In this document: in pieces, positions 63,961 through 64,000 of the stretch
How the letters are laid out: each line of letters starts with the position of its first letter
Numbering within the stretch: the first letter of the stretch is position 1
NCBI RefSeq assembly: GCF_036321535.1
Contig: NC_087436.1
Location: 82,524,001-82,588,000, forward strand
Direction: 5' to 3'
DNA from: Camelus dromedarius
Lineage: Eukaryota
Length of the DNA: 64,000 nucleotides
Program-made: the position numbers and the translations under genes
The notes under the pieces: model-generated
What the model saw: the letters and a program-made list of their open reading frames with translations, nothing else
What the model was told of the DNA's origin: nothing
Databases searched by the model: none

Positions 63961-64000
63961 AAGAGCTCACTCTGCTCGAGAGAATGGGGTTAACAGTCCT

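Noticed and set aside
1..64000. CRISPR arrays, operons or other prokaryotic systems
   Set aside because: The sequence is mammalian (spliced genes, LINE/SINE/LTR relics), and I saw no regularly spaced repeat-spacer array.

Overview
Mammalian genomic DNA, probably camelid because of tRNA-derived SINEs resembling the Vic-1 type (inference). It covers the NUDT9 / SCPPPQ1 / SPARCL1 edge of the SCPP (tooth/bone) gene cluster. On the + strand are the last three coding exons of NUDT9 (3087-8372). On the - strand is an apparently complete SPARCL1/hevin gene: non-coding exon 1 near 63.6-63.9 kb and 10 coding exons at 37916-21710, giving a 2004-nt CDS of 667 aa. Between them, missed entirely by the ORF track, is an intact micro-exon gene on the - strand. 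Its 8 coding exons contribute 6-78 coding nt each (18586-11133), all joined in phase 0, and encode a 95-aa secreted Pro-rich protein that I identify as SCPPPQ1. This copy lacks the Ser-x-Glu kinase motif typical of the family. The rest is intronic or intergenic sequence with L1, L2, SINE, LTR and DNA-transposon relics and microsatellites. Gene and repeat-family names come from my recall of known sequences, not from database searches. I found no convincing wholly new biological system; the hidden micro-exon gene is the main signal.
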